From positions 2,944,001-3,008,000 of the forward strand of contig OY969695.1 in NCBI GenBank assembly GCA_963701965.1: a stretch of 64,000 nt of DNA, in the 5' to 3' direction. Below the pieces are notes generated by a model. That model did not search any database, was not told where the DNA came from, and saw nothing but the letters and a program-made list of their open reading frames with translations. Each line of letters opens with the position of its first letter. The stretch's first letter is position 1. Origin of the DNA: an uncultured Gemmatimonadales bacterium (lineage in GTDB: Bacteria > Gemmatimonadota > Gemmatimonadetes > Gemmatimonadales > Gemmatimonadaceae). Below, piece after piece: positions 26,425 to 35,056 of the stretch. The position numbers were made by a program, and so were the translations under genes.

Positions 26425-27050
26425 GTCCGACGTATCTGTATTGCATCACGCAGCCGATCGCCGCCGGACCGCCATCCGAGACCGCGGGAGTGGATGACAC
26501 GCCGGTCCGGCGATTGGCCGACGCCTGGGTCAGCGACGTCCCCTCACTCGTCGTGCGTCCGACGGTGGACCGCATTCGCGCGCATGACGCGGTGGTGGCG
26601 ACGGCGCTGGATACGGGCACCACGCCGCTGCCGGCGCGATTTGGTCAGACGTTTGCGACCGATGCCGCTTGTGTGCAAGCCCTCGCCGGGCGCGGTGACG
26701 CGTTGCGAGTCGCACTCGCGCGCGTCGACGGATGTGTCGAGATGACGGTCCTGTTGCACGCGGAAACCGGTACGGAGACCGATTCCGACGCGTCGATGGG
26801 GCCGGGCCGGCGGTATCTCGAGCGATTGGGTCGATTAGCGGCGGCCGGGCGACGGGTGGACGCGGCGGTCGCGCCGCTGCTCCGGGCGGCAAAGACCAAG
26901 GACGCGACAGTGTCGCATCTCATCGCACGCGAGGCCCTGACGGCGTATCGCGCGCGTATGGATGCCGTCGCGGGTACCTTGGGAGGCATTACGGTCCGCC
27001 TCGTGGGTCCGGCGGCCCCTTATTCGTTCGGAGCGGTCGATGAGCAGTGA
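26421..27050 (+). CDS. gas vesicle protein GvpL/GvpF family, third paralog
   Basis: TYLYCI, AHDAVV, PLPARFGQ, GPGRRYL, VGPAAPYSF. Confidence 0.85.
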   Translation: MSPTYLYCITQPIAAGPPSETAGVDDTPVRRLADAWVSDVPSLVVRPTVDRIRAHDAVVATALDTGTTPLPARFGQTFATDAACVQALAGRGDALRVALARVDGCVEMTVLLHAETGTETDSDASMGPGRRYLERLGRLAAAGRRVDAAVAPLLRAAKTKDATVSHLIAREALTAYRARMDAVAGTLGGITVRLVGPAAPYSFGAVDEQ

Positions 27051-27357
27051 AGGTGAAATGGGGCGGTCCCTGCGCGACGTGGCGCCCGCGCTGCCGCAAC
27101 GGATCGACGCCGATCCTGAGCACGTCGAGCAGGGACTCGCCCGTCTCGCCTTGACCTTGATCGAGTTGGTCCGTAAGGTCCTTGAGCACCAGGCAGTCCG
27201 GCGCATGGACGGCGGCACCTTGACACCCGAAGAGATCGAGCGTCTCGGACTGGCTTTGCTCAAGTTGAACGATCGGATGCAGGACCTGAAAACCACGTTC
27301 GGACTCTCCAATGATGATTTGGAGATCGACCTCGGACCACTTGGACGGCTCGGATGA
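27040..27357 (+). CDS. gvpK: gas vesicle protein GvpK
   Basis: VEQGLARLALTLIELVRKVLEHQAVRRMDGGTLTPEEIERLGLAL...DLEIDLGPLG. Confidence 0.93.
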   Translation: MSSEGEMGRSLRDVAPALPQRIDADPEHVEQGLARLALTLIELVRKVLEHQAVRRMDGGTLTPEEIERLGLALLKLNDRMQDLKTTFGLSNDDLEIDLGPLGRLG

Positions 27358-27378
27358 CGCCGGGTTGGAGTTGACGTC

Positions 27379-27702
27379 TTGTCAGATTTCGTATCCCCGA
27401 CGCGGAGCCATGGACTGGTCGAGATTCTCGACCGCGTGCTCGACAAAGGCCTGGTCGTTGCCGGCGACATCAAGGTCAATCTGGCGAACGTCGAGTTGCT
27501 CACCATCCAAATCCGGTTGCTCATTTGCTCCATCGACAAAGCGGAGCAGATCGGGTTGAACTGGTGGCGTCACGACCCGCGGTTGACCGCGGGCCCGGTC
27601 GGCATGGGCGGGTACGTTCCCGGCGCCGACCTCGCCGATCGGCTGGCACGAATCGAGCGACAGCTCGACAAGCTCACTGGCACACAACCGGAGTCCTTGT
27701 AA
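27379..27702 (+). CDS. gvpJ: gas vesicle protein GvpJ
   Basis: [54 protein letters not shown] start with GGAG upstream. Confidence 0.9.
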   Translation: MSDFVSPTRSHGLVEILDRVLDKGLVVAGDIKVNLANVELLTIQIRLLICSIDKAEQIGLNWWRHDPRLTAGPVGMGGYVPGADLADRLARIERQLDKLTGTQPESL

Positions 27703-28011
27703 ATGGCCGTCGAACGCTCCCCGAGTGGTAGCTCCCTGATCGATGTCCTCGACCGCGTGCTGGATAAGGGCATCGTGATCGATGCCTGGGTGCGGGTCTC
27801 GCTGGTGGGGATCGACTTGGTGACCGTCGAGGCGCGGATCGTCGTCGCCTCGATCGACACGTACCTCAAGTACTCGGAAGCCGTGGGTATCACGTCCCCG
27901 GTTTCCCGGCCGCGCGAGTCACTCATGGCGGCGACGGCCGAGGCGGAACTGGATCGGGTTCGGCTCGAGAACGCCGAGTTGCGGCGCCGACTCGAGCTGC
28001 AGCGGCCCTAG
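27703..28011 (+). CDS. gvpA: major gas vesicle structural protein GvpA with C-terminal extension
   Basis: [53 protein letters not shown]. Confidence 0.95.
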   Translation: MAVERSPSGSSLIDVLDRVLDKGIVIDAWVRVSLVGIDLVTVEARIVVASIDTYLKYSEAVGITSPVSRPRESLMAATAEAELDRVRLENAELRRRLELQRP

Positions 28012-28027
28012 CCTTCGAGCGTAGACG

Positions 28028-30310
28028 GTGAGCGTTGCGGCGCACGACGACGCCGAACACACCGACGCGGGCGCGCTCCTCGAGTTCCTGGCCACGCTCA
28101 CGGAAGCTCCGGACAGCGCGACGGCGGCAACGTATCTGTTGTCGCAGTTGGTGGGGCGGACGCCCGGCGCGACCGGGCGCGCGTTCGCCATGCTGTTGGA
28201 CGTCACTCAGGAGACGTTGGCCGCGACGGCGACGCTCGGCATGTTGCCGGCCGAGTTGCCGGACGAGCCGGTGTCGATCACCAATGAGCGGCATCCGCTG
28301 GTCGTCTCGGCGCTCACCCTGACCACGGTCATCGGGTCCGGCGCGCGCTACGACATCCCGTTCACGGGATGGATGGTGTTCCCGCTGCCCCAGCCGACGT
28401 TCCGTGGTGCGCCGGCGCCGATTCCCAGCCACCGCGCTTCGGCGTTAGCGGCCAGCGTCAACGCGACGCCGGGGCCGGCGATCTTGCGGCCCGGCCAGGC
28501 GCCCGCCGGTGTCGTCGTCGTGGAAGGGTTGCCCGGCACGCCGGAGGATCTCGTCTTTCTCGCGCGCTTGGCGGCGCTGGCGGGACCGGTGTTGGCGCGG
28601 ATCGCGGCGGCCGGCCGGACGGATGACATGACGGACCGGTTGCGACAGCAGCGGGACCGGCTCCGCATGATGATCGATGCGCTGCCCGATCCGATCGTCA
28701 TCACCGACGCGGCGAACGACATCGTCGTGCAGAACGCGCGGGCCGAGCAGCTGCTCCACGCCCGGGAAGGCGACTCGCAAGGACGGCGGCGCGCTGTCGA
28801 GATCAACAACTTGCTCTTCACGTCGTATCTGTCGAAGGCGATGATGACGGGGCCGACCAAGCAGAGCGGCCCGCGGGAGTTGAATCTCGTCGACCCGAGC
28901 GAAGGCGCCGACATTTTGTTCGAGGTGCTCGCCCATCCCTTGAGCGAGCACGTGGATCGGAAAGGCGCGTTCCTCTCGGTGCTCCGCGACGTGACCGATC
29001 TCCGGCGCGCGGTGAACGAGTTGGAGCGGCACATGCAGCGGCTGCGGCTCGCCGAGATCGACGCGACGCGCGAGCGGGACCGGCTGAATCTCATCCTCGA
29101 GAATGTCGCCGATCCGATTCTCGTGACCGACGACCGGTCGAACATCATCCTGATGAACGATCAGGCCGAGCGGCTCTTCGAGATGGCGCCGGCGACGCCG
29201 GCGGCCACGGCGCGCGCCCGCCGCGCCCAGGCGCAGGCCGTCCGCGGCAACGACATGAAGTTCACGTCCTTCATCTCGGACTTCGCCATGGCGACGGCCA
29301 TGTCCCACCGGGCCGAGATGATGTTGACGCGGCCGGAGACCGGTGATGCGCTGCCCATGGAGGTCGTGTCCGGCAAGATCCGGAACGATCGCAACGAGCC
29401 CGTGGCCATCGTGTCCGTGCTGCACGATCTCACCAAGCAAGTGGAGAACGCGCAGCTCTACGAGGAGTTGAAGCGGTTCAGCGAGGATCTCGAGGCGCGC
29501 GTGCGCGCCGCCACCGGCGATCTCGCCGAACAGAATGCCAAGCTGCAGTGGCAGGCCCAGGAAGTGGAGCGGGCCAATACGCTCAAGTCCGAGTTCTTGG
29601 CCAGCATGTCACACGAGCTCCGCACGCCGATCAACGCGGTGCTCGGGCACACCGCGAACCTGATCGACAGCATCTACGGCGACGTGCGGCCCGCGCAGCT
29701 CGACATGCTCAAGCGCATCCGGGCCGCCGCCAACCATCTCCTGGCGTTGATCAACGACATCCTCGATCTGGCCAAGATCGAAGCCGGCAAGATGCCGTTG
29801 CGCATCGAGAGCGTGAGCTTGAGCGCCGTCGTCATCGAGATCTCGCAGCAGATCGAGCCGCTGATCCGGCGGAAGGGGCTCAACTACGTCACGCAGGTAC
29901 CGACGGATTGTCCGGCGCTGCGCACCGATCGGACGAAGGTGAAGCAGGTCCTGCTCAACTTGCTCTCCAACGCGATCAAGTTCACGCCGCGCGGCACCAT
30001 CACCCTACGCGCCGAGTGCGCGAACGAGTCCGTGCGCATCATGGTGATCGACACCGGGATCGGGATCAAAGAGAAGGACATGGAGGTGATCTGGGAGGAC
30101 TTCCGGCAGGTCGATCAGACGCTGATTCGCGAGTATGGCGGCACGGGTCTCGGTCTCAGCATCACCCGCAAGCTGCTCGACCGGCTCGGCGGCACGGCCG
30201 ACGTCCGCAGCGAATACGGCCGGGGGACGACGTTCACGGTGGTGCTGCCCTGGCGCGTCGACGAAGAGATGGCATTGACGACGCCCGTGGAGCAGCGGGC
30301 GATCTCGTAG
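28028..30310 (+). CDS. cytoplasmic sensor histidine kinase, two PAS domains plus HisKA and HATPase
   Basis: FLASMSHELRTP (H box), NLLSNAIKFT (N), DTGIGI (G1), GGTGLGL (G2); two PAS-like repeats; no obvious TM. Confidence 0.93.
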   Translation: MSVAAHDDAEHTDAGALLEFLATLTEAPDSATAATYLLSQLVGRTPGATGRAFAMLLDVTQETLAATATLGMLPAELPDEPVSITNERHPLVVSALTLTTVIGSGARYDIPFTGWMVFPLPQPTFRGAPAPIPSHRASALAASVNATPGPAILRPGQAPAGVVVVEGLPGTPEDLVFLARLAALAGPVLARIAAAGRTDDMTDRLRQQRDRLRMMIDALPDPIVITDAANDIVVQNARAEQLLHAREGDSQGRRRAVEINNLLFTSYLSKAMMTGPTKQSGPRELNLVDPSEGADILFEVLAHPLSEHVDRKGAFLSVLRDVTDLRRAVNELERHMQRLRLAEIDATRERDRLNLILENVADPILVTDDRSNIILMNDQAERLFEMAPATPAATARARRAQAQAVRGNDMKFTSFISDFAMATAMSHRAEMMLTRPETGDALPMEVVSGKIRNDRNEPVAIVSVLHDLTKQVENAQLYEELKRFSEDLEARVRAATGDLAEQNAKLQWQAQEVERANTLKSEFLASMSHELRTPINAVLGHTANLIDSIYGDVRPAQLDMLKRIRAAANHLLALINDILDLAKIEAGKMPLRIESVSLSAVVIEISQQIEPLIRRKGLNYVTQVPTDCPALRTDRTKVKQVLLNLLSNAIKFTPRGTITLRAECANESVRIMVIDTGIGIKEKDMEVIWEDFRQVDQTLIREYGGTGLGLSITRKLLDRLGGTADVRSEYGRGTTFTVVLPWRVDEEMALTTPVEQRAIS

Positions 30311-30333
30311 GCCAATTCCCGGCTAATCCCCGG

Positions 30334-30666
30334 CTAATCCGCCCGGGTGCGGATCTCGCTGGCCCAGCGCACGACCTGATCGAGCACGGCCCGGACGCCG
30401 GGGTCATCGCCCCGCAGCGCGCCGGTACGGGCCAGGGCGTCGGCCACTTCGCGTTTGATCTCGGCGAGCACGCGTTCGGTGGGCTCGCCCTGCTTCATGA
30501 GATGGCGCGTCTGCTCGGCGACGGCGTCGCGGAGCTCGTCGTTGGCCATGGGCTGGGACGCATCCGTCATGCGGACCGCAATCTCGAGGCGCTGCAACGC
30601 ACCGGAGGAGAGGCGCCGGCGCCGCGGAGACGAGGAGTCAGTGCCACTGCTCATCATGAAAAACAA
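30334..30666 (-). CDS. small helical hypothetical protein related to 9628..9960
   Basis: GEPTERVLAEIK...VLDQVVRWASEI resembles GLPPERLLIVLK...VIDRLVRWGIE; TTGACA upstream. Confidence 0.6.
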   Translation of the reverse strand: MFFMMSSGTDSSSPRRRRLSSGALQRLEIAVRMTDASQPMANDELRDAVAEQTRHLMKQGEPTERVLAEIKREVADALARTGALRGDDPGVRAVLDQVVRWASEIRTRAD

Positions 30667-30721
30667 CCTTGATCGAACAGTGGCCGAATGTCAACGGCGC
30701 CCCTCAATTCTTATTTCGCTC

Positions 30722-31624
30722 TTATTTCGTCGCGTACCCGATGAACTTCGCCCGTACGGGGCCGGTCCGCTGGTTGTTCACCAGTTCGTGGTCAAACTCG
30801 CCGTACGATCCCGATGCACTGCGCACTTGCACGAAGTCACCGAGTTGCCAGGTCGCCGTCTCCGCCTGGTCGGCGGGGAAGACGTCCCACACGCTGCCAT
30901 CATCGATCTGGATGTAACGACTGCCCACACGGATCGCCGTGACCGTATGCGCATTCGCCGGCGGCAGGGGCGTGCGGGCGGCGGCGACACCCGACGCCGC
31001 GGCGGCTGGCATCGCGGCGTTTTGCGCGGCCGGTGCTGCCGGCGCCGCGCGCTGCTCCGACGACCGGTTCACACTGTCGATGAGCTGCGCCCGATATCGC
31101 GTGAACCAGACCTCGAGCGACTGCACCGCGGCCGGTGTCAACGTCGTGAGTCCGCTCGCCGTGTACTCGTGGAGGCTCATCAACTCATCGAGATGCACGG
31201 GGGCGCCGCTCGCTCCCGCCGGCGGATTGGTGTCGTACGTCCCCGCGGCCGCCACGGGCGCGCGGTCGCCGGCGTAGCCACCAGTAGCCGCAGTCGTGGC
31301 CGCGGCGGGCGCGGCGGGATACGTTGCCGCCGGTGCGGGGGGCGGCGTGCCCGGAGTGCCCGGCGGATACGTGGTGTTGCCGACAATCGTCGGGAGCACC
31401 GTCGGACCCTGCTGGGTGGGCGCCGGCGCCGGCGGCTTCGCGGCCGGCGTGCTCGCGCTCGAGCCACCGACATACGTGGCCGTCGCGGGCTGTTGTCCTT
31501 GTTGCTGTTGTCTGCTCTTGGGCGACGAGTATACCACGCCCCATCCATGCTGCGCGCTCGTGTCTTGCTGCGCGTGCAGCCCCACGGCGAAGGTCGAGCC
31601 GGCCAGCAGCATCACGTACCGCAT
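30722..31624 (-). CDS. secreted Pro/Ala/Thr-rich hypothetical protein
   Basis: AGGAG RBS, signal peptide, low-complexity linker, globular C-terminus (IQIDDGSVWDV). Confidence 0.8.
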   Translation of the reverse strand: MRYVMLLAGSTFAVGLHAQQDTSAQHGWGVVYSSPKSRQQQQGQQPATATYVGGSSASTPAAKPPAPAPTQQGPTVLPTIVGNTTYPPGTPGTPPPAPAATYPAAPAAATTAATGGYAGDRAPVAAAGTYDTNPPAGASGAPVHLDELMSLHEYTASGLTTLTPAAVQSLEVWFTRYRAQLIDSVNRSSEQRAAPAAPAAQNAAMPAAAASGVAAARTPLPPANAHTVTAIRVGSRYIQIDDGSVWDVFPADQAETATWQLGDFVQVRSASGSYGEFDHELVNNQRTGPVRAKFIGYATK

Positions 31625-31843
31625 CGGACGAGCTCCTGACGATGTGCGGGGTCTCTCAGTACTGGCGAGTCTACCAGAGAAAAGTACAACACTTGCAGCG
31701 CTTGCAATTGTAGGACCGCGGGGGGCGTGTGGAGTTCTCTCGCATTTTGCGAGGGTGAGCGGACTCGTCTGCCTTCTACGCCAGACGGAAGCGTCACGAA
31801 CCGTCCCCTCCAGAGCACGACTCTGTTTCGATGCGAGGACACT

Positions 31844-32290
31844 GTGACACAGCGTGTGCGAGCCGTCATTGTTGCGGTCATCGTGACCGCAGGGCCGCTG
31901 TCACTCGGCGGACAGACTGTAGTGACGCAAAAGTGGACCGCGGTCTTGGCCACACGCGATGCGCCGACGGTCGCCGCCGGACGGGCGACGGTCACGACGC
32001 TGCCGAACGGCGACACGACCGCCCACGGCACGCTCACGGTTAAGCATGGACTGGAGCCAGGTCGAGCGTATACCTGGCATATCGCCAAAGGACTGTGTTG
32101 GTCGGAGGCGGCGAAGGCCGAACCCGTGAGCGAAACCGCGCCCCTGACCGTCGATCCGCAGGGGCGGGGCACCGCCGAGGCAGACTTCCAGCTGGCCGAG
32201 CGCAACCTGTCGTCCTATCACCTCGACGTGCATCCGGTTGGATCGGATGTCGTCCTGTGCGGTGACTTGGTCCCGACCCAGTCGCGTTAG
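31844..32290 (+). CDS. secreted CHRD/Cu-Zn SOD-like fold protein
   Basis: GAGG RBS, signal peptide, YTWHIAKGLC...YHLDVH...LCGDL. Confidence 0.6.
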   Translation: MTQRVRAVIVAVIVTAGPLSLGGQTVVTQKWTAVLATRDAPTVAAGRATVTTLPNGDTTAHGTLTVKHGLEPGRAYTWHIAKGLCWSEAAKAEPVSETAPLTVDPQGRGTAEADFQLAERNLSSYHLDVHPVGSDVVLCGDLVPTQSR

Positions 32291-33873
32291 TGGACGCGGA
32301 ACTCGGCGATCTGCGAGCGGCGGCGTCCGCGGCGGTCGGTCACAGCGAGTTCCAGCGTGTAGTTGCCGGACTTGAGGTCCGGCAGCTCGTGGTGGACGTG
32401 GTCGGCCAGCCCCGTCGAACGGTCGTCGTAATCCTTGGTCGTTTCGTGTGACGAGCCGAGGAGTTTTTGTATCCCGCTCTCGCTCCGCGAGATGGTGGCG
32501 ACCGTGCGGAAGTGCGAGCCATTGGGAAGACCGCACACCGCGTAGGCCAGGTTCGGCGGGATGATCGAGTCCATCAACACGTGGAACGTCGACGTGCCGC
32601 CGCCCGGGTCGCAGAATGTGGCGCGGGGGGTGACCACCCGCGGCGCCGGACGCGGAGCGACTGGCGGCGGCGGAGGCGGCGGTGGAGGCAGCTGGGCGAC
32701 GACCGGCGCGACGGGTACGGTGACAGTCGGTGTTGGAATGGCGCGCCAGCCGGCGTACGCCAGTCCCGTGATCACGGCGAGTAACAGCGCGATCACGACC
32801 GCGACCACGCGCGCGCGGCTGCGGCGGCGCGGCGGCGCGGCGATGACCGGCGCCGGTTCCTTGGGCGACAGGTCCATGACCGGGGTCGGTGGCTCTTCGG
32901 GCCGGGAGGGCTTGGAGATCCGGAAGCCGGTCGCGGTCTGGGCCAACTGCGGCACGTTGACGCTCGACAGAACGGCGGGCGTCGCCCGGACGGCCACCCC
33001 AGGCCGCACGGATTCGTCGAGCACACGGAGCAGCTCGTCGCCGTCCTGGACCCGATCGCCCGGGTCCTTTTCCATCATCCGGCGCACGATCGCGAACAAC
33101 GTCCGCTCTTCGTCGGTCGCCAGCGTCGGCGTCGGCACGGGCGCCGTGACGTGCCCATACAAGATGGCGATGCCATCTTCGCCGTCGAACGGGACGCATC
33201 CCACCAGGCACTGGTAGGCCACGATGCCGAGGCTGTAAATGTCGGCCCGCTGGTCGAGCGGCCGGGCCCGCGCCTGCTCCGGGCTCATGTAGCGCGGCGA
33301 CCCGACCGACGTCCCGGAGTTCGTGAGCGTGCGCGCGCTGGCGACCTTGGCAATGCCAAAGTCCGCCAGCACCCACCGGTCATCGTCGAACAGGATGTTG
33401 TCCGGTTTGATGTCCCGGTGGACCACCCCGCTGCGGGCCGCGTAGGCCAAGGCCCGCGCCGTATCGGCCAGCATCTCCCGGATCTCGGCCGGCGTGAGTT
33501 TGCCATCAGGCCGTTCCGCCAACATCCGTCCCAGGGAGGGTCCGCGCACATATTTCATCACGAAATAGCTCACGCGGTCGCCGCTGGCCCGGCCGACCCG
33601 ATAGATCGGCACGATGTTCGGGTGCTCCAGGCTCGCGGCTGTCTTGGCCTCCCGCTGGAACCGCTCCACCACATCGGCGTCGAACGCCATGGCCAACGGC
33701 AGCACCTTGACCGCGACCTCGCGATCGAGTGCGCGGTCGCGGGCCAAAAAGACAATGGCCATGCCCCCGCGGCCGAGCTCCGACACGATGTCGTACTCGT
33801 CCGCCAGCGCGCCGCGTACGACGTCGTGGTCGGTCAACTCACCGCTGACAACAGTTGTAGTCGAGCTGGCCAT
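32287..33873 (-). CDS. membrane-anchored Hanks-type Ser/Thr protein kinase
   Basis: LGRGGMAIV, VAVK, HRDIKPDN, DFG, YMSPEQ, DIYSLG; TM helix and Pro-rich linker. Confidence 0.95.
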   Translation of the reverse strand: MASSTTTVVSGELTDHDVVRGALADEYDIVSELGRGGMAIVFLARDRALDREVAVKVLPLAMAFDADVVERFQREAKTAASLEHPNIVPIYRVGRASGDRVSYFVMKYVRGPSLGRMLAERPDGKLTPAEIREMLADTARALAYAARSGVVHRDIKPDNILFDDDRWVLADFGIAKVASARTLTNSGTSVGSPRYMSPEQARARPLDQRADIYSLGIVAYQCLVGCVPFDGEDGIAILYGHVTAPVPTPTLATDEERTLFAIVRRMMEKDPGDRVQDGDELLRVLDESVRPGVAVRATPAVLSSVNVPQLAQTATGFRISKPSRPEEPPTPVMDLSPKEPAPVIAAPPRRRSRARVVAVVIALLLAVITGLAYAGWRAIPTPTVTVPVAPVVAQLPPPPPPPPPVAPRPAPRVVTPRATFCDPGGGTSTFHVLMDSIIPPNLAYAVCGLPNGSHFRTVATISRSESGIQKLLGSSHETTKDYDDRSTGLADHVHHELPDLKSGNYTLELAVTDRRGRRRSQIAEFRVH

Positions 33874-33963
33874 TGTGTCACACTCCCGGACACCGATTGG
33901 ACGGTTTACGATCCCTCGCGTCACGCCCGTCGGTCACTGTGACTCCCGTCACACCGGTGCCCC

Positions 33964-34290
33964 ATGCACCGTCTATATCGTGAGCACATGGTCGACCGGT
34001 ACTTCACGCATGAAGGCGAGCAGTGGCGCTGCTCGGCCACCAATACGCCGCTGGCGCCAGCGGGACGGCCGCGGGAGGCCGTGGGGGAGGATGAGGGGCG
34101 CACCCGCCTTTACTTCTGGTCGGCCTCTGGGGTCATGCGGTCGGTCGTCTATCCCTCGGCGCGGCAGCTGACCGAAGCCGAGATCCGGCGTGTCACGGAT
34201 GACGAGCTCCGGGCCTTGTTGGAAGCGCCCGCCGCCAAGGAGATGGGACGCTTGAGGATCGTGTCGCCGCTCCGCGTCGCCAGATCCTGA
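33964..34290 (+). CDS. hypothetical protein
   Basis: Only plausible ORF between kinase and kdpE; protein-like composition. Confidence 0.55.
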   Translation: MHRLYREHMVDRYFTHEGEQWRCSATNTPLAPAGRPREAVGEDEGRTRLYFWSASGVMRSVVYPSARQLTEAEIRRVTDDELRALLEAPAAKEMGRLRIVSPLRVARS

Positions 34291-34348
34291 ATCGGTTGGA
34301 CTGATCTCGGCTTCGCCGAGATCTAGCCGATAGCGCATCTTTCACCGC

Positions 34349-35056
34349 ATGGCCGACGAGACCGTGCTGGTGATCGACGACGAGCCTCAGATCCGGCGTG
34401 TGGTGCGGAACGCCCTCAAGGACGAGGGCGACGTGGCGCGAACCATCGAGGCCGGGACGGGCGCCGAGGGGATTGATCTGGCGGCGGCCGAGCGCCCCGC
34501 CCTCATCGTGCTCGATCTGGGGCTCCCCGACATGGCGGGCGAGGCGGTGTGCCGCGAGATCCGTTCGTGGTCGACGGCGCCCATCATCATCCTCTCGGCC
34601 CGGCACTCCGAAAAGGAGAAAGTCGCGCTGCTCAATGCCGGCGCTGACGACTACATCACGAAGCCGTTCAGCACCGTCGAATTTCAGGCGCGCGTCCGCG
34701 CCCAGCTGCGCCGCGCCCGTCTGGCGGGCGCCGGCGACACCGGCGAGCCGCTCACGCTCGGCAACGGCGTGGTGACGATCGACGTGCGCAAGCCGCAGCT
34801 GCTCAAGAACGGCGCCAGCGTGCACCTGACCCGCACCGAGTGGGAGCTGCTCCGGGTGATGGTCGCCCATGCCGGCCGGACGTTGACGCATCGCGAGTTG
34901 TTCACCGCCGTGTGGGGCAACTCCTTTGGCGACGCCCAGCAGTATTTGCGGGTCCACATTCGGAGCCTCCGCCGGAAGATGGAGCCCGACCCGGTGCGCC
35001 CGCGCTTCATCGTGACCGAGCCCGGCGTGGGGTATCGCCTCGAACCCGCGGTCTAA
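34349..35056 (+). CDS. kdpE: KdpE response regulator (OmpR family)
   Basis: VIDDEPQIRR, LDLGLPD, GADDYITKPF, YLRVHIRSLRRKMEPDPVRPRFIVTEPGVGY. Confidence 0.93.
   Translation: MADETVLVIDDEPQIRRVVRNALKDEGDVARTIEAGTGAEGIDLAAAERPALIVLDLGLPDMAGEAVCREIRSWSTAPIIILSARHSEKEKVALLNAGADDYITKPFSTVEFQARVRAQLRRARLAGAGDTGEPLTLGNGVVTIDVRKPQLLKNGASVHLTRTEWELLRVMVAHAGRTLTHRELFTAVWGNSFGDAQQYLRVHIRSLRRKMEPDPVRPRFIVTEPGVGYRLEPAV

Noticed and set aside
30960..31520. Tandem repeat element in the Pro/Ala-rich gene
   Set aside because: Low-complexity protein linker rather than a discrete DNA repeat
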